A stretch of DNA of 64,000 bases from Eutreptiella sp. 'Long Island Sound 2002' (lineage: Eukaryota > Protista > Euglenida): positions 55,366,001 through 55,430,000 of the forward strand of contig OZ038378.1 of assembly GCA_964036045.1 (NCBI GenBank). The letters run 5' to 3'. A program made the translations under genes and the position numbers. Shown here piece by piece: positions 12,151-23,400 of this stretch (within the stretch, counting starts at the first letter, position 1; each line of letters opens with the position of its first letter). Below the pieces are notes generated by a model. The model ran no database searches. It was not told the DNA's origin and saw nothing but the letters and a program-made list of their open reading frames with translations.

Positions 12151-14489
12151 GGGATTCGGGGAGGGCTAGCAGCAGGCGGAGGCGGCCCGGGGGACCCCGG
12201 ACCACACAGGGGATCTGGCCATGGCCAACGCAGAGTCGGCAGTGGTCGATGTGGCCGAGGAGGACGAAGACATTCTTTAATTTTCTTAACCCTCCTCCTC
12301 CTGACCCTTTGCCTACATGCGATGACCTACCCACAGTGGCTGACATGGGCCTGGGTGGTAAATTGCGGGGGCGCGGCGACACGACCACACTCCCGGGCAC
12401 CCTACCGGTCACGCCCGGTGCCGGTGACGGCGGTTATGGCAGCGGCTCGAGCTTCGGCAACCCTCCCCCTGAGGTGACCCCAGGAACCGGACCCACAGCC
12501 CGGCAGGAGGGTGTCTATACGCCCACAGCCCAAGCGGGCGCCCCGGGATGAGGTAATGGCCATGTGTTCCGGGGGAGGGGATCAGCCTGGGCGGTGGCAG
12601 GGGGCCCCACGCCGAAGTGGGGAGGTGGCGGTATGGCAAGGGGCACAACCGCCGTGCCACGGCAGATGCCCCTCGCACCGCAAATGACCGGGACGGTGGC
12701 CAGGGACCCCCCCCCCCCCCCCGCCCTCCCTCCCCCCTATGGGGGTAGCGGCGTCCGAGGGTGGAAAGGCAACGTGATCCGCCTAGCTGGGGAGCAAGGG
12801 GGGAGGGGAGCGCAGCGGCTGGAGATGACGGCGAGCCTGCGCCCGAGCCGGCCGACCCTAGTGCCCAGCCCGAGAGGGGCGCCGCCCATGGGACGGGCCG
12901 GTAGCGAGTTCCGCCTGACCGGGGAGCATTGGGGGTGGGATGTGCGACAGCTGAGGGCGACAGCGGGCCAATGCCCACGCCCACCCGTGCTGGCGCCTAG
13001 ACCAGCAGAGGCGCCAGCCCCGGCGCCCCGAACCGATCCCCCCCCCCCCCTGACTCCATCCCGGCTCCGCACAGGGCTGACATTGGTGGTAATGGCGGCA
13101 GGCTCAGCACCGGTTGGTTCCCCCTCGGGATGTGCCCGGGGCCCGGAACCTCAAGCCCAGCAGCTAGGTGATGGCTCTGGGGCCCACTCGGTGGCTGGGC
13201 GCCGCCCGGGCGGTGGCAGGGGGCCCCACACCGGTGTGGGGCGGTCGCGCAATGGCATGGGACCAAGCCGCCGCGGCGCTGTGGCTGTCCCTGGCGCTGG
13301 GCGCAGCCAGGGGCGTGCGAGGTGATCCCCCCCCCTCCCCTTCCCCCCACCTCTAGAACGGGCGGCGACCACGGGCCGGGCCGACAGGGTGCGCCGCCTA
13401 AAGGGGGGCTGGTTGGGATGGGCCCCACGACGGCGCGAAGCCCCCCCCCCCCCCCCAACGACAACGGCCCGGGCCCTCCTGCGACCTACCCTAGGCCTCC
13501 TACGACCTGCCACCAGCCTTTTTTGCCCATGGCACGTCGACCGCGAGGACGAGGACGAGAACAAGGCGAGGGCGCGGGCATGCGGCCCCGGCCCCCCCGC
13601 TCCCCTGGCACCGGCGACGGCACCATGGCCTCGCCCTTCTGCGCTGGTGATACCGCTAAGCCACCCTGGTGTTCCCCGCCCCCACCAACGCCGGGGATGG
13701 GTCATCACCGTCTGTGCCTTGGCCCACTTCGTGGGGCTGTGCCCCGGGGTCCTGCGCCTCCAGGACCTCGGGGCCTGGAACGGGTGGTGGCACACCCACC
13801 AGCAGCGCGGGGACAGCCCGGTCAGGCTGTCCGCCATCACGCGCGCCGGCGGCCCCGAGTTCGGGACCAAGGGGGCCACTGCCGGCCAAGCCCTATAGTG
13901 GAGGTACGCCCAGGTCCTCTACGCGCGCGCCCCCCGGCTTGACGCTCGCAGCGCCCGCAGCCCCTAAACATGGCGCTGGTCACGGGGGGCGCTCCTGGTC
14001 GGGACCCGACCCCAAAGGGAGGGGGGGGATCCCCCCCCCCCCTCTACGGACCCCAAAATTGTTGTACGGAACAATGTGCTTTGTCGGCGCCGGAGATTTT
14101 GTTTTAGGCATAGGGCACGGGGAAATTTTTTTGTGCGACCCTATGTGTCTTTACTCGAGATACTCAGAATTTCGTGCAGAATTCAAAAATGGCTAAAAAG
14201 CACAAAAAAGGATTTTGACCCCAGCGTGGCCTCCGGGTAGGACCTTGGCTGATGGGAGCCTGAGTTGATGGGCAATTTTTTTGAATTATTTTTGACCCCA
14301 CTTGTGCATATTCAAAATGATCAGTGTGTCATGGGGGTCATTTTGAGGTATTTATCTTGGGGTACCCACCGACCCCCCCCGGGGGGCCCGGCGGCTGACC
14401 GCCCGACCCGCCGACCCCTAAGGTTTGGGTCAACCAAGGGGGGGGGGAGGGCCCCCAGCCCCCCTTCGGAGGGCGAAACTGGACCAGAG

Positions 14490-16081
14490 CATGGCTGCTT
14501 CAGTTCTACGCCTCACAGCCGGGGGTCCGCGACCCACAAACAGCAGAGGTATGGGAGCAATGGGCACAAGCACAGCTACCGCCGAGGGTGCGGGACTTTG
14601 CACAAAGAGTGCTGTCGCACAAACTGACCGTGCATGCAAGAGTCTACAAGAGGTCGGGCACGGACAAGTGCCCGATATGCTCACAAAAGGAGACGGTCAA
14701 GCACGCGGTGGTCCAGTGCCCCATGTTCAAAGCGGCGGCGGCGGTGATACAGCACTACTATGACCCGGTGGAAACTAGGAACGGGAAGTCTGCAGTCCGA
14801 GACATGATGGAATCCGACCAACAGTAGTGGTTGCTGAACACGAATCAAGGTTGGGCAATGTGGTCGGCGAGAAGTGCCCACTGGCGATATCGATGCGAAG
14901 TCAAAGCAGGAGCATCACCGGTGTTCACATTGTACCTAACAACGTGGCTCAGGGAGCTGTGTGAATGGGTTGGGTTTTACTCAGGAGAGCGCAGGGAGCA
15001 GTGGAGAGGCTTCAAGCGGTCACTGGAGCAACTTCGAGATACCGGAGTGCAGCCGCGACAAGGGGAGGTACGAGTAAATGGGGGATTGAGTGCGTGGTGG
15101 CAGAGGCACACGGAGTGCTTCACGCAAGAACGCAACGCCGGCGCACACAGTTGGCATAGGGACACAGAATCACGCCCAAAGCGCCCGAGGCAGGCAGGCC
15201 CGGGAGTGCTTCAAGGAGTACAAGACCTGATTGCAGAATTGGTTGCGAAGGGTTACAGGATTGTGTACATGGACAGGTCATCAAAAAGACGGAGCCACAG
15301 GGACATGCGCAGGGCAGGTGGCTTTGGCGTATTCGCAACGGAAGATGAGCAAGGGCCTGAGGTGCGTTTCTGCGGCTATGTACCGACACGCCACAGGCAA
15401 ACAAACAACGGAGCGGAGCTTTGGGCAGCACTGGAAGCCCTACAGGGGTTCTGGGTGCCAAAACTGGCAATCCTCACCGACTCACAGTACCTGCAGCTGG
15501 GAGCGACCGGCAGGGCCCAACACTGGAAGTCAAAGGGATGGATAACCACATCCGGTAAGCTGCAGGTCCACGTGCCCGTTTGGGAAATGCTGCTCCGGGA
15601 AATGGCAGAGCCAGGAAGAGAAGTCAGGTGGGAGCACGTGCTAGCACATGTCAACGTGCAGGGAAATGAGGTGGCCAATGGATTGGCGATGAAAGGTATG
15701 TGCTCGAGCCCGCTGTGGTCCCGGCATGTCGCACAACAGTCATCATTCGGGTCAGAGTCCACAGTAGGGTTGAGGGGAGGTTCAGGATCCGAATCAGAAA
15801 ACACCAAAGCACTCTGGTCATCCCCGGGTATGGTACCCATGGATAGTGATGAGCTGGAAGGGGAAGCTTCGGGGAAACCAGCACCGCGTGGAATGCGATC
15901 ATATAACTCGAGCAGCTCGGGTAGTGAGGACGTAAGGACAGGACACACACACCAGGGAGGTTTGTTGGGTGAACTGTCTGCAGCAGAAACACTGTCCTTC
16001 AGCACAGCTGTGAGCGACACTAGGCGGCGACGTAAGAGGAGAAAGCTCAGCAAAAGCAGGAACCCTGGACAGGGTCGCTAG
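14490..16081 (+). pseudogene. LINE ORF2 C-terminus: zf-RVT Zn finger and RNase H1-type domain
   Basis: Zn finger WAQAQLPPRVRDF..CPICSQKETVKHAVVQCP, one in-frame TAG at 14825-14827, then RNase H motifs IVYMDRSS, QTNNGAELWAA, AILTDSQY, VRWEHVLAHVNVQGNEVANGLA. Confidence 0.88.
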
Positions 16082-17105
16082 CAGCAGAGCTAGCAGCAGA
16101 GCCTGTAGCCCCTGCATTCTGATGCGAAAATCTCACACGTTTCAAGCCCAACAATGCCTGCATGTCCGAAACTTGCGTTCTGGCGCAGGAGCTTTTTGTC
16201 GCGAGAACCGCGTCCTGTCGCGGCGTGCAGCAGCACACAGGTGTGACAACGACAGCGGCTGATCTCAGGCACAAACCCCGCGTCCTGTCGCGGAGGAGCT
16301 CCCGGGCGTGATGCCGCCGGGAAGGACATGGAAGGAGCAGGGACCACGTCAGCAGCGACATGGCCCCTACACACAAATACAGCCAGCCCCAAAGAAGGTC
16401 AAGCCTCAACAAGAACGCCAGCGTTTCAAGGTGCAAGCACTGACCCAACTGGACGCCATTGCGTACGAAGGGCTGAGGGCATCCAATGCCGAGCCGATCA
16501 CAATGGCTTGGGCCCGCAATTAGCAGATCTGGCTCCGACTCGGCCAACCACACAGCACCAGGATGCACTGTGAGATTGTGGACAATCATGGGGAGCCATT
16601 GCTGATGAGCAACCAAGAACTCTACTCAGTGATGGTCCAAATCAACTGGACCCTGAAGACTCAGGCCCTGACGAACATGCAGATCCAGTGGTAACCCATA
16701 AGTGCAGGCAAGTGGCACCCGTTCCAGTGGGAGGCGATCCTCCACTGTCCGACGGCTGAGGGACACAGAGCAGTGCCCTCCTCTGTGAGCAGAACTGCAG
16801 ACTGCATGCATGTGTGGCTGGCGGGCCAAGGTGACCTCTTACGGCTGTTTCAGAGAACGCTCTTTAGGCAGGCGGACCCGGTATCCAGAGACGCTGTGCG
16901 GTTCCTCTACACGCTGCTGAGCACACCCCCATGCGAAAGGCGATATGCCTGACAGGGGATAACACGCAGGGGGGAATAAGAAAGGTCGGAACAATAACCA
17001 CTCGTTGAAGCTAAGTTGGTATACCGCACCTCTTCTGTCCTGTGGAGGAGGGCTCCAACCGCGGGGGGGATAGAGATCCACGGAACGTCCCGAAAACCCC
17101 TTTAT

Positions 17106-17117
17106 GCTAGAGAGAGA

Positions 17118-17200
<83 letters not shown>
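17106..17200. repeat. (GA)n microsatellite
   Basis: Near-perfect GA dinucleotide run. Confidence 0.97.
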
Positions 17201-17206
<6 letters not shown>

Positions 17207-18069
17207 GCGCAATGGGAGGAGGGCCAGAGAGAAGGAGAGAGAGGGGGGGGGGGGGGCAGGAGAAAGAGAGAGGGAGAGAGACCCACAGAGCAGTAGACGG
17301 GGGCTAACCGGCACTGTGGGAGGGTGTTGGGTTCGAGCTGACCAGGGTGAGTGGGCAGCCAATGAAGCATAGAGTTGAACAGCTTACTGGTGAAACAACG
17401 GAAACCTTTGCGCCCCCAGAGCACGGGCGTGACACGTCATTACGTGTCAGAAAGCCTGAGCACGACAGGGGCAGTGAGAGTACGGCCTACGGGAGGGTGC
17501 TGGGTGCGAATTGACTTGGATATGTGGGCGGCCAGCGCGCACATGGTGTGGTACTGAACAGGTTAGCGCCACAATACAGAAAAGCACTTGTTGAAGCGTC
17601 AAGCAGAAACATCTTTTGGTGAAACGTTGAGACGCCGTTGCGCCTCCAAAGACGCCTTTGCGCCCCCGGACCTCGGGTGTGACATGTCTTCACGTGCCAG
17701 AGAGCAAGAGCAAGATAGGGGCAGCAAGAGCAAGACCCGCAGAGCAAGGGTTAGAGACCAACCGGCACTGTGGAAGGGTGGTGGGTGCGAGCTGACCTCG
17801 ATGTAATGATGGCCAAGGCCAAAGCACAGTCAGCAGCCACCTGGAGTGGTACAGAACTGGTCTGCGCTGCAGTGCAGCGAGAAAAAACGCTAAACTATGT
17901 GGTGATGACCATGCGCGTGTGACACGGGGGCGTATGCGAGCCCAAAGCCCAATATCCGTTGCCTCATGGCCCTTCGGAGGGGGGTGGCCCCCCCACACCC
18001 CCCCTTACAGCCCCCCAAACTGTCGAACACCCCTTGGGGTCGCACATTGGCTGGCGGCCGCCCCCGTGG

Positions 18070-21000
18070 TGCTGGTACCTGGCGCCCATGTGGCAGGAGG
18101 AGACGGGCGCCGTGTTGTGGCTACCAACCTAGCACGGCAGGGTGGAGATCTGGGGCGACCCCCCCGCCTGCTAGCACCTCCGCCCGCTCCGCCGCCTCAC
18201 CCTCTTCAAGGGGGAGACGGTCGCCGGCAGGCCACACCGGGGGGTGGACCGGTGGGCCCGGGTATGGGACAACGACCCCGCCCGCCAGCCCCCACCCCCC
18301 CCTGGCCCGCGGCGACGTGGCTGGACGTGGCCAATGCGGTGCGCGCCCTCCTCCCCCTGGTCACCGACGTCTGGTGGGCGGGAGCTAGGGGAGATCCGTG
18401 CCACGGCTCGGCTGCCCGACGTTCCCCGCCGTACCGACCCGGGGCTTAACCAGGACTTCATGCACGAGGTCGTCCAGGAAGCTCGCCGCCTTGCCGGGGG
18501 ATTGGAGCAAGGCCGCCCCCCCCCCCCCCCGCGCGCGAGCCCCCCCCCTCCTAGCGCTTGCCATGGGCGGGCCGCCACCTCTCCCTACGCCGCCCCCTGC
18601 ACCACCCGGCGCGCCCGCCCTAGGATGGTGACTGACGCCGACCGCTTGACCACGGTGCAGCAAGCCCGGGAGCAGAGATTAACCTGCAGGCATGCTTTGC
18701 TGCCCCTGTGGCCCCGCCTCTTGCACCCTCTGACCACTGGCGGCTGAGTACATGGGTGGGGCGGGTGGGTGGGTGGCCCCCCCTCTCCCCCCCCCCGCGG
18801 GGGCCACCAGGGCTTCAATCTTCCCCCCGTCCCGGCGGGGCACCGCCGGGTCTCCCCCCCATACTACTGCTGCGCTGCGGGGACGTGAAACCCACCTAGA
18901 GCCAAAGCGCGTGGCACACGCCAATGTCACATCCCTGCACCTGCACTGGCACATGGTCGCCGAGTGGCGCGCGGACGTGGTGCTGAACTCCCGGACCCGC
19001 CGCACGGCGTTTGCTCAACAAGTAATGCGCGCCCATGCCGGGCCCTCAGGAGGGCGAGCTTTCTCGGGGGCGCCCTTGGAGTCCCAGGGGGGGGGGGGGT
19101 TGGGATTCGCCTGCCGGGGAGGGTGGGCATCCTAGTTCGCCAGGGCACCCCCGCCAAGCAAATCCTCCCCCCCAAAGGGGCGCCTCGGAACGAGACGGAC
19201 ACCGTCGCCCAAACCCTGTGGCACTCCACCCGCTAGTGTCATGTGTTGGTGGGCCTGAGAGGGGGGGCTTTCCCTGCATGCCCAAGTGGCGTACGGCGTC
19301 TCCGCCCAGCCGGCCCTCAACCGGGTCTTTTGGGCGCGCCACGGAACAGCTGCCCAACTGGTCAGGGGGACCTCAATTTCGACCTCGATTACCTGGTGCG
19401 GGCACCGCCGTCCGTCGTGGTGTCCCTCATGACCCGCCGGCTGGTGGACGCGGACCTTGAGCTGGCGTCCGCCTTCAGGAGGGACCCCCTTTGCTCGTAC
19501 CAAGGCCCGGAGGGCACCCGCCCCTCGCGCATTGCCGGGCTGCTAGTCGACACGCGGTCGGCAACGGTGCTCCACACGGCGGAACGGCTGCCGTGTGGGG
19601 CCATCCCGGGCCATGCCCCGGTGCGCTTCGACCTCCACTTGCGGGGTTCGTCATAGCGGTTGGTGAAGTTCGTCCGCTTCAAGACTGTCGTGCTGGCTCC
19701 GCGGGAGGAGCATGAGCGGCTCCTCCTCATACAGGGCCTGCTAAACCCCCTGGAGGCCAGCTGGCAAGCGACCCTGTCCACCGGGGATGTGGACTTGGCA
19801 TGGGCTTTGTGGACCACGGCCGCGGAGGAAGAAACCCTCCTCGCCCTTGACTGCCCGGACATCACCCCGGACTCCCTCCCGGATGGGGCCACGCTCACGT
19901 CGGCACCCCCTCACCTCCCCTGCGGCTGGGGTACTGACCAGCTACTTCGAGAGGTGCGCCTCTGCCCCAAGCCACACCGGGACAACGGGGGGCCGCTTTC
20001 GTGCCCTGTGGCGCGCATCCATGCGGCCCACGGACCCCTCCGGCATGTCCTCTGCTGGTTGGAACGACCGGCGCCAGACGTGGGCGTGATGCCGCGCAGG
20101 GTGCAACAGGCATGGGCAGCGCTCCGGCGTCGCCTTGAGAGGCTCTGCACACTAGGCCCAGCGTATGCTAGCCTGGAGCTGGACGGCTCGCACGAACGGC
20201 TGGCCCAGCTGGCGTCGCTCCGCCGCCTCCACACGACGCTAGCGGGCAAGATCCGGGCCACGCTCCGGGTGGAGGAAAAAGACCGCCTCCACGGGTGGCG
20301 CTCCTGGCTGAGGAGGCCTAGTCCTCTGACTAGGGGACAATGTAACGGTGGCTAAAGGAGGAGTCATACGCCCCGCCGGTCACCTTTTGTCCAGGCCAGA
20401 TGGCACAGCCACGGCCAACGTGGTGGAAATGGATGGCCTCTTGCACGACGTGTGGCGCCCGATAAATTGCAAGTATGCGACAGACTCTAAGCCGGACCCC
20501 ACGGCCTTCATCTGATGATATGGGCACCATGTTCGGCGGGTCCCCATGAGTGCCTCGCAGCTGGACGGTCCCCGCCTACGCAAAGGGCTCTCCCGCATGA
20601 AGCCCTCGGCGTTGGGGCTGCACGGGTGGGGCCTAGCCGACCTCCGCTCCCTTCCTGACAGGCAGCTGGGCTGGCTGGCGCACCTCCTGCGAGAGGTAGA
20701 GCGCCTTGGCAAGTGGCCGACCCGCCTAGCCGAGGGCTACACGGCCGTGATGCCCAAGGAGGGCCCGCCGGGGCCCCTGAACACCCGCCCGCTCATGGTC
20801 ATGTCCCTGGTCTACCAGCTGTGGGCGGCTGTGCGCCTGGCGGACGCCATTGCGTGGTAGGAGTCCTGGGCCCACCCGGCGGCCTTTGGTTTCCGCCCCG
20901 CCAAGAGCGCCGTGGATGGGGCGGCGGTGACGCAGGTCCTCCTGGAGCGGTGTCGCCTCCGTGGATGGGCCGTCGCGGAGACGAGCATCGACTACGTCAA

Positions 21001-23400
21001 GTGTTTCGATCTCATCCCCCAGGCGGTCGCGTTGGCCCCGGGGTTGGAGCTGGGCATGGACCCGGGCACGTGCCGTGCCCTCAGGGCCATGTACCAGCAG
21101 CTCCGCCGGGCCTTCAAGATCGCCGTGGTCTTCGGCCCGTGGTGGCAGGCCACCAACGGCATCCTCTAGGGGTGCCCCCTGTCGGTGATTCTAGTAAACG
21201 TGCTCACCACGATCTGGAAATGAAAGGTGGACTCCCTACGCCGGCAGGTTCGTGTGGACGGCCGCCCTCCCCCCCGTTGTGGACGAGGACGCGGCGGAAG
21301 ACCTGGAGCCGGGGGCCCCGCTCCCCCTCAAGGATGCAGACCCCGGCTATGCAGCGCTTGGGTCGTCGTGCTACGCAAATGACACCCAAGAGGTGGCCCT
21401 GGGCGCGGCCTCCCTCCAGGGGACGGTGCCCGTGACGGAGGAGTGGCTGCTGGTCATGGGTCAGGACGTCCGCGTGGACAAATCTTGCTCCAGGGTCCAT
21501 GGGAACATGGCGCCCCGGCGGTCCTGCTCCGCCAAGTCCCGATCCCGCTGGTGGCGACTTTCCGCGAGCTCGGCATCCACGTCGCCATTGGGGGCTCCAG
21601 GATCACGTGGCCGGTGCTGTCCCGGCGCGTGGAAGCGGGACGGAGCGCCCTTCGCTGCCTACCCCACTTCTCCACCTATGACCGGCGGGAGCGGGCTGTC
21701 AACACGCTAGTCACCCCGCGGGCGCTCCATGGAGTGGTGGTCGCGTCGGTGACGGAACCCAACCTGCGGGGGTTGGAAACCGCGCTCGTGCGGGCCCTTT
21801 GGGGAGCCACGCGCCTGTCCCGGGCCAAGGAGGTTATCTTCACCGTCTCTTCCAAGGGCAACCGGGTCTCCCCAGTCATGCACACGCGTGACGAGCGGCT
21901 CCTCTAGGTGGCCTGTGTGGCCCGGCCGGCCGGGAGTCACCCGGGTTTTCCCCCAGGCCATCTGGGAATCGGGGGCCCTCCCGGGACGGGCCCGGTGGCG
22001 CGCGCGCTCCGCACAGCGGCCATCCTGGGCTGGAGCCCGCGCGAGGGCTGGTGGTGCTGGGGCGTCCCAGGGCAAGAGCACCCGCTGCAGTTCGTGCAGG
22101 AGCCCCTCCACCGGCTCCAACACCGGGTCCGGGACAGCCTTCGCTGCCATTCCTCGCGCCAGCTGGCGTGACGTCCGGTCACCTTCGGGGGACAGGGCCA
22201 CGGAGATGACGGCCGGGCCTGCCGCGCGGCACTCCGGGCGGCCTCCACCGGGTTGCAGAAGTCGCTGCTTCGCGGCCTCATGGCCGGGGCCATGTGGACG
22301 GCGGCCAAGGTGTCGGGCCACGGCACGCGGACCAATTCCGCGTGCCCCTAGTGCGGCGCGGCCCACGAGGACGAAGTCCACGTCCTGTGGGACTGCCCAG
22401 AGTGGGAAAATGCAAGAGGGACATGCCGCCCGTGGCTCAGCGACGCGGCGACGGCGATCCCCCACCTGGGACCGCCAGACCATTGGCCATCGTGCCTGAA
22501 CGCGGGCCTATTCCCCCTCCGACTGGCGCAGCGGGTGGACCGGGGGCTCCTGGACGAGGTCCTGTACCGCCTATACGGCATGTACTTGGCGGTCCTCGCT
22601 GCCCGCATGGCAGCCGGCAGGGACACTAGCCGGACCACAGGGACTCCCTCTTCCCGGACCAGTCGCGTCCGCTGCCCCGCAACTCCTATCTCTGGGACGA
22701 TTTCGTCGACCCTTGCCGGGGGACACAGTCCGCCACCAACCACGGCTCCAGCCGGGGACCCCGCTGGGCTAGCGGTGGCCCGAGGATTCCATCCACGACT
22801 TGGTCCGCTCGGCCCGGTCGCTGGCCTGGATGCCGGGGCCCGCGGAGGTCTCCCTGGCTGAGCTGCCCCTAGATTATGAGGCGTTTGTGGGGCGGGCTCT
22901 CCTAGCCTCCCCGGACCACCGCTCACTCGTGCCTGTGGGGGGCCGCGTGTGCGCGGGACTTTCGGCCCGCCCGTTCTTTGCGGCACGCACGTGAGGTGAT
23001 GCTGCAGCTTATGCGCTTCGCGACGCACTGCCGGGACTCGTGGGTCCGGCGCCTGTCAGCGCCTGCTGCATGCGGTCGCCGTTGGGCGACCGCTTGCTTA
23101 TGGACCATTTCCCACGACCCCTCGACGGGGGGCCCCCTCTGCTCCAGTATGCCAGGAGGCCCCTGTGAGCGCCGCCAAGAAGGGTCCTGCTCGCAGCCCC
23201 GCAGCGTAGCCGCCCGCCAAGGGCAGGCAGTGGCACGCAGGGCGTGCTCTGCTTCGAGCATGGGGCGCCGTTGTGCGCCAGGTGCAGAAGCTTGGGCTGG
23301 GGCATCAGCCGCTACTGCTAGGCAAGCCACGACGGCCACACTAGCCCCTCAGCGGGCCCACGCTGTCCGAGAGTCCTGCCCCGGGTCACGCCAGGACGCC
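18070..23400 (+). pseudogene. LINE ORF2 remnant: APE endonuclease, reverse transcriptase and C-terminal Cys/His finger
   Basis: APE motifs: HANVTSL, ADVVL (~18915-18990), GDLNFD (~19365), GHAPV (~19610). RT motifs: AVMPKEG..TRPL, AFGFRP, SIDYVKCFDLIP, GIL*GCPLS (~21160), YAND (~21375). Zn finger CP*CG..EDEVHVLWDCP (~22345-22395). Several in-frame stops and frameshifts. Confidence 0.9.

Larger units (their letters stand above)
14474..17969 (+). mobile_element. 5'-truncated LINE with zf-RVT plus RNase H and a long 3' UTR, nested in the MITE
   Basis: 12-bp TSD cccttcggaggg at 14462-14473 and 17970-17981. The 3' UTR has degenerate internal duplications and a (GA)n tract. Confidence 0.85.
13981..18068. 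mobile_element. Non-autonomous DNA transposon (MITE-like, about 590 bp without its nested insert), with an 8-bp TSD typical of hAT/P-type elements
   Basis: Ends CACGGGGG...CCCCCGTG with further imperfect inverted blocks (cgaccccaaaggg / cccttggggtcg). Flanks gcgctggt (13973-13980) and gtgctggt (18069-18076) differ by one CpG-type transition. The LINE frame resumes across it. Confidence 0.75.
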
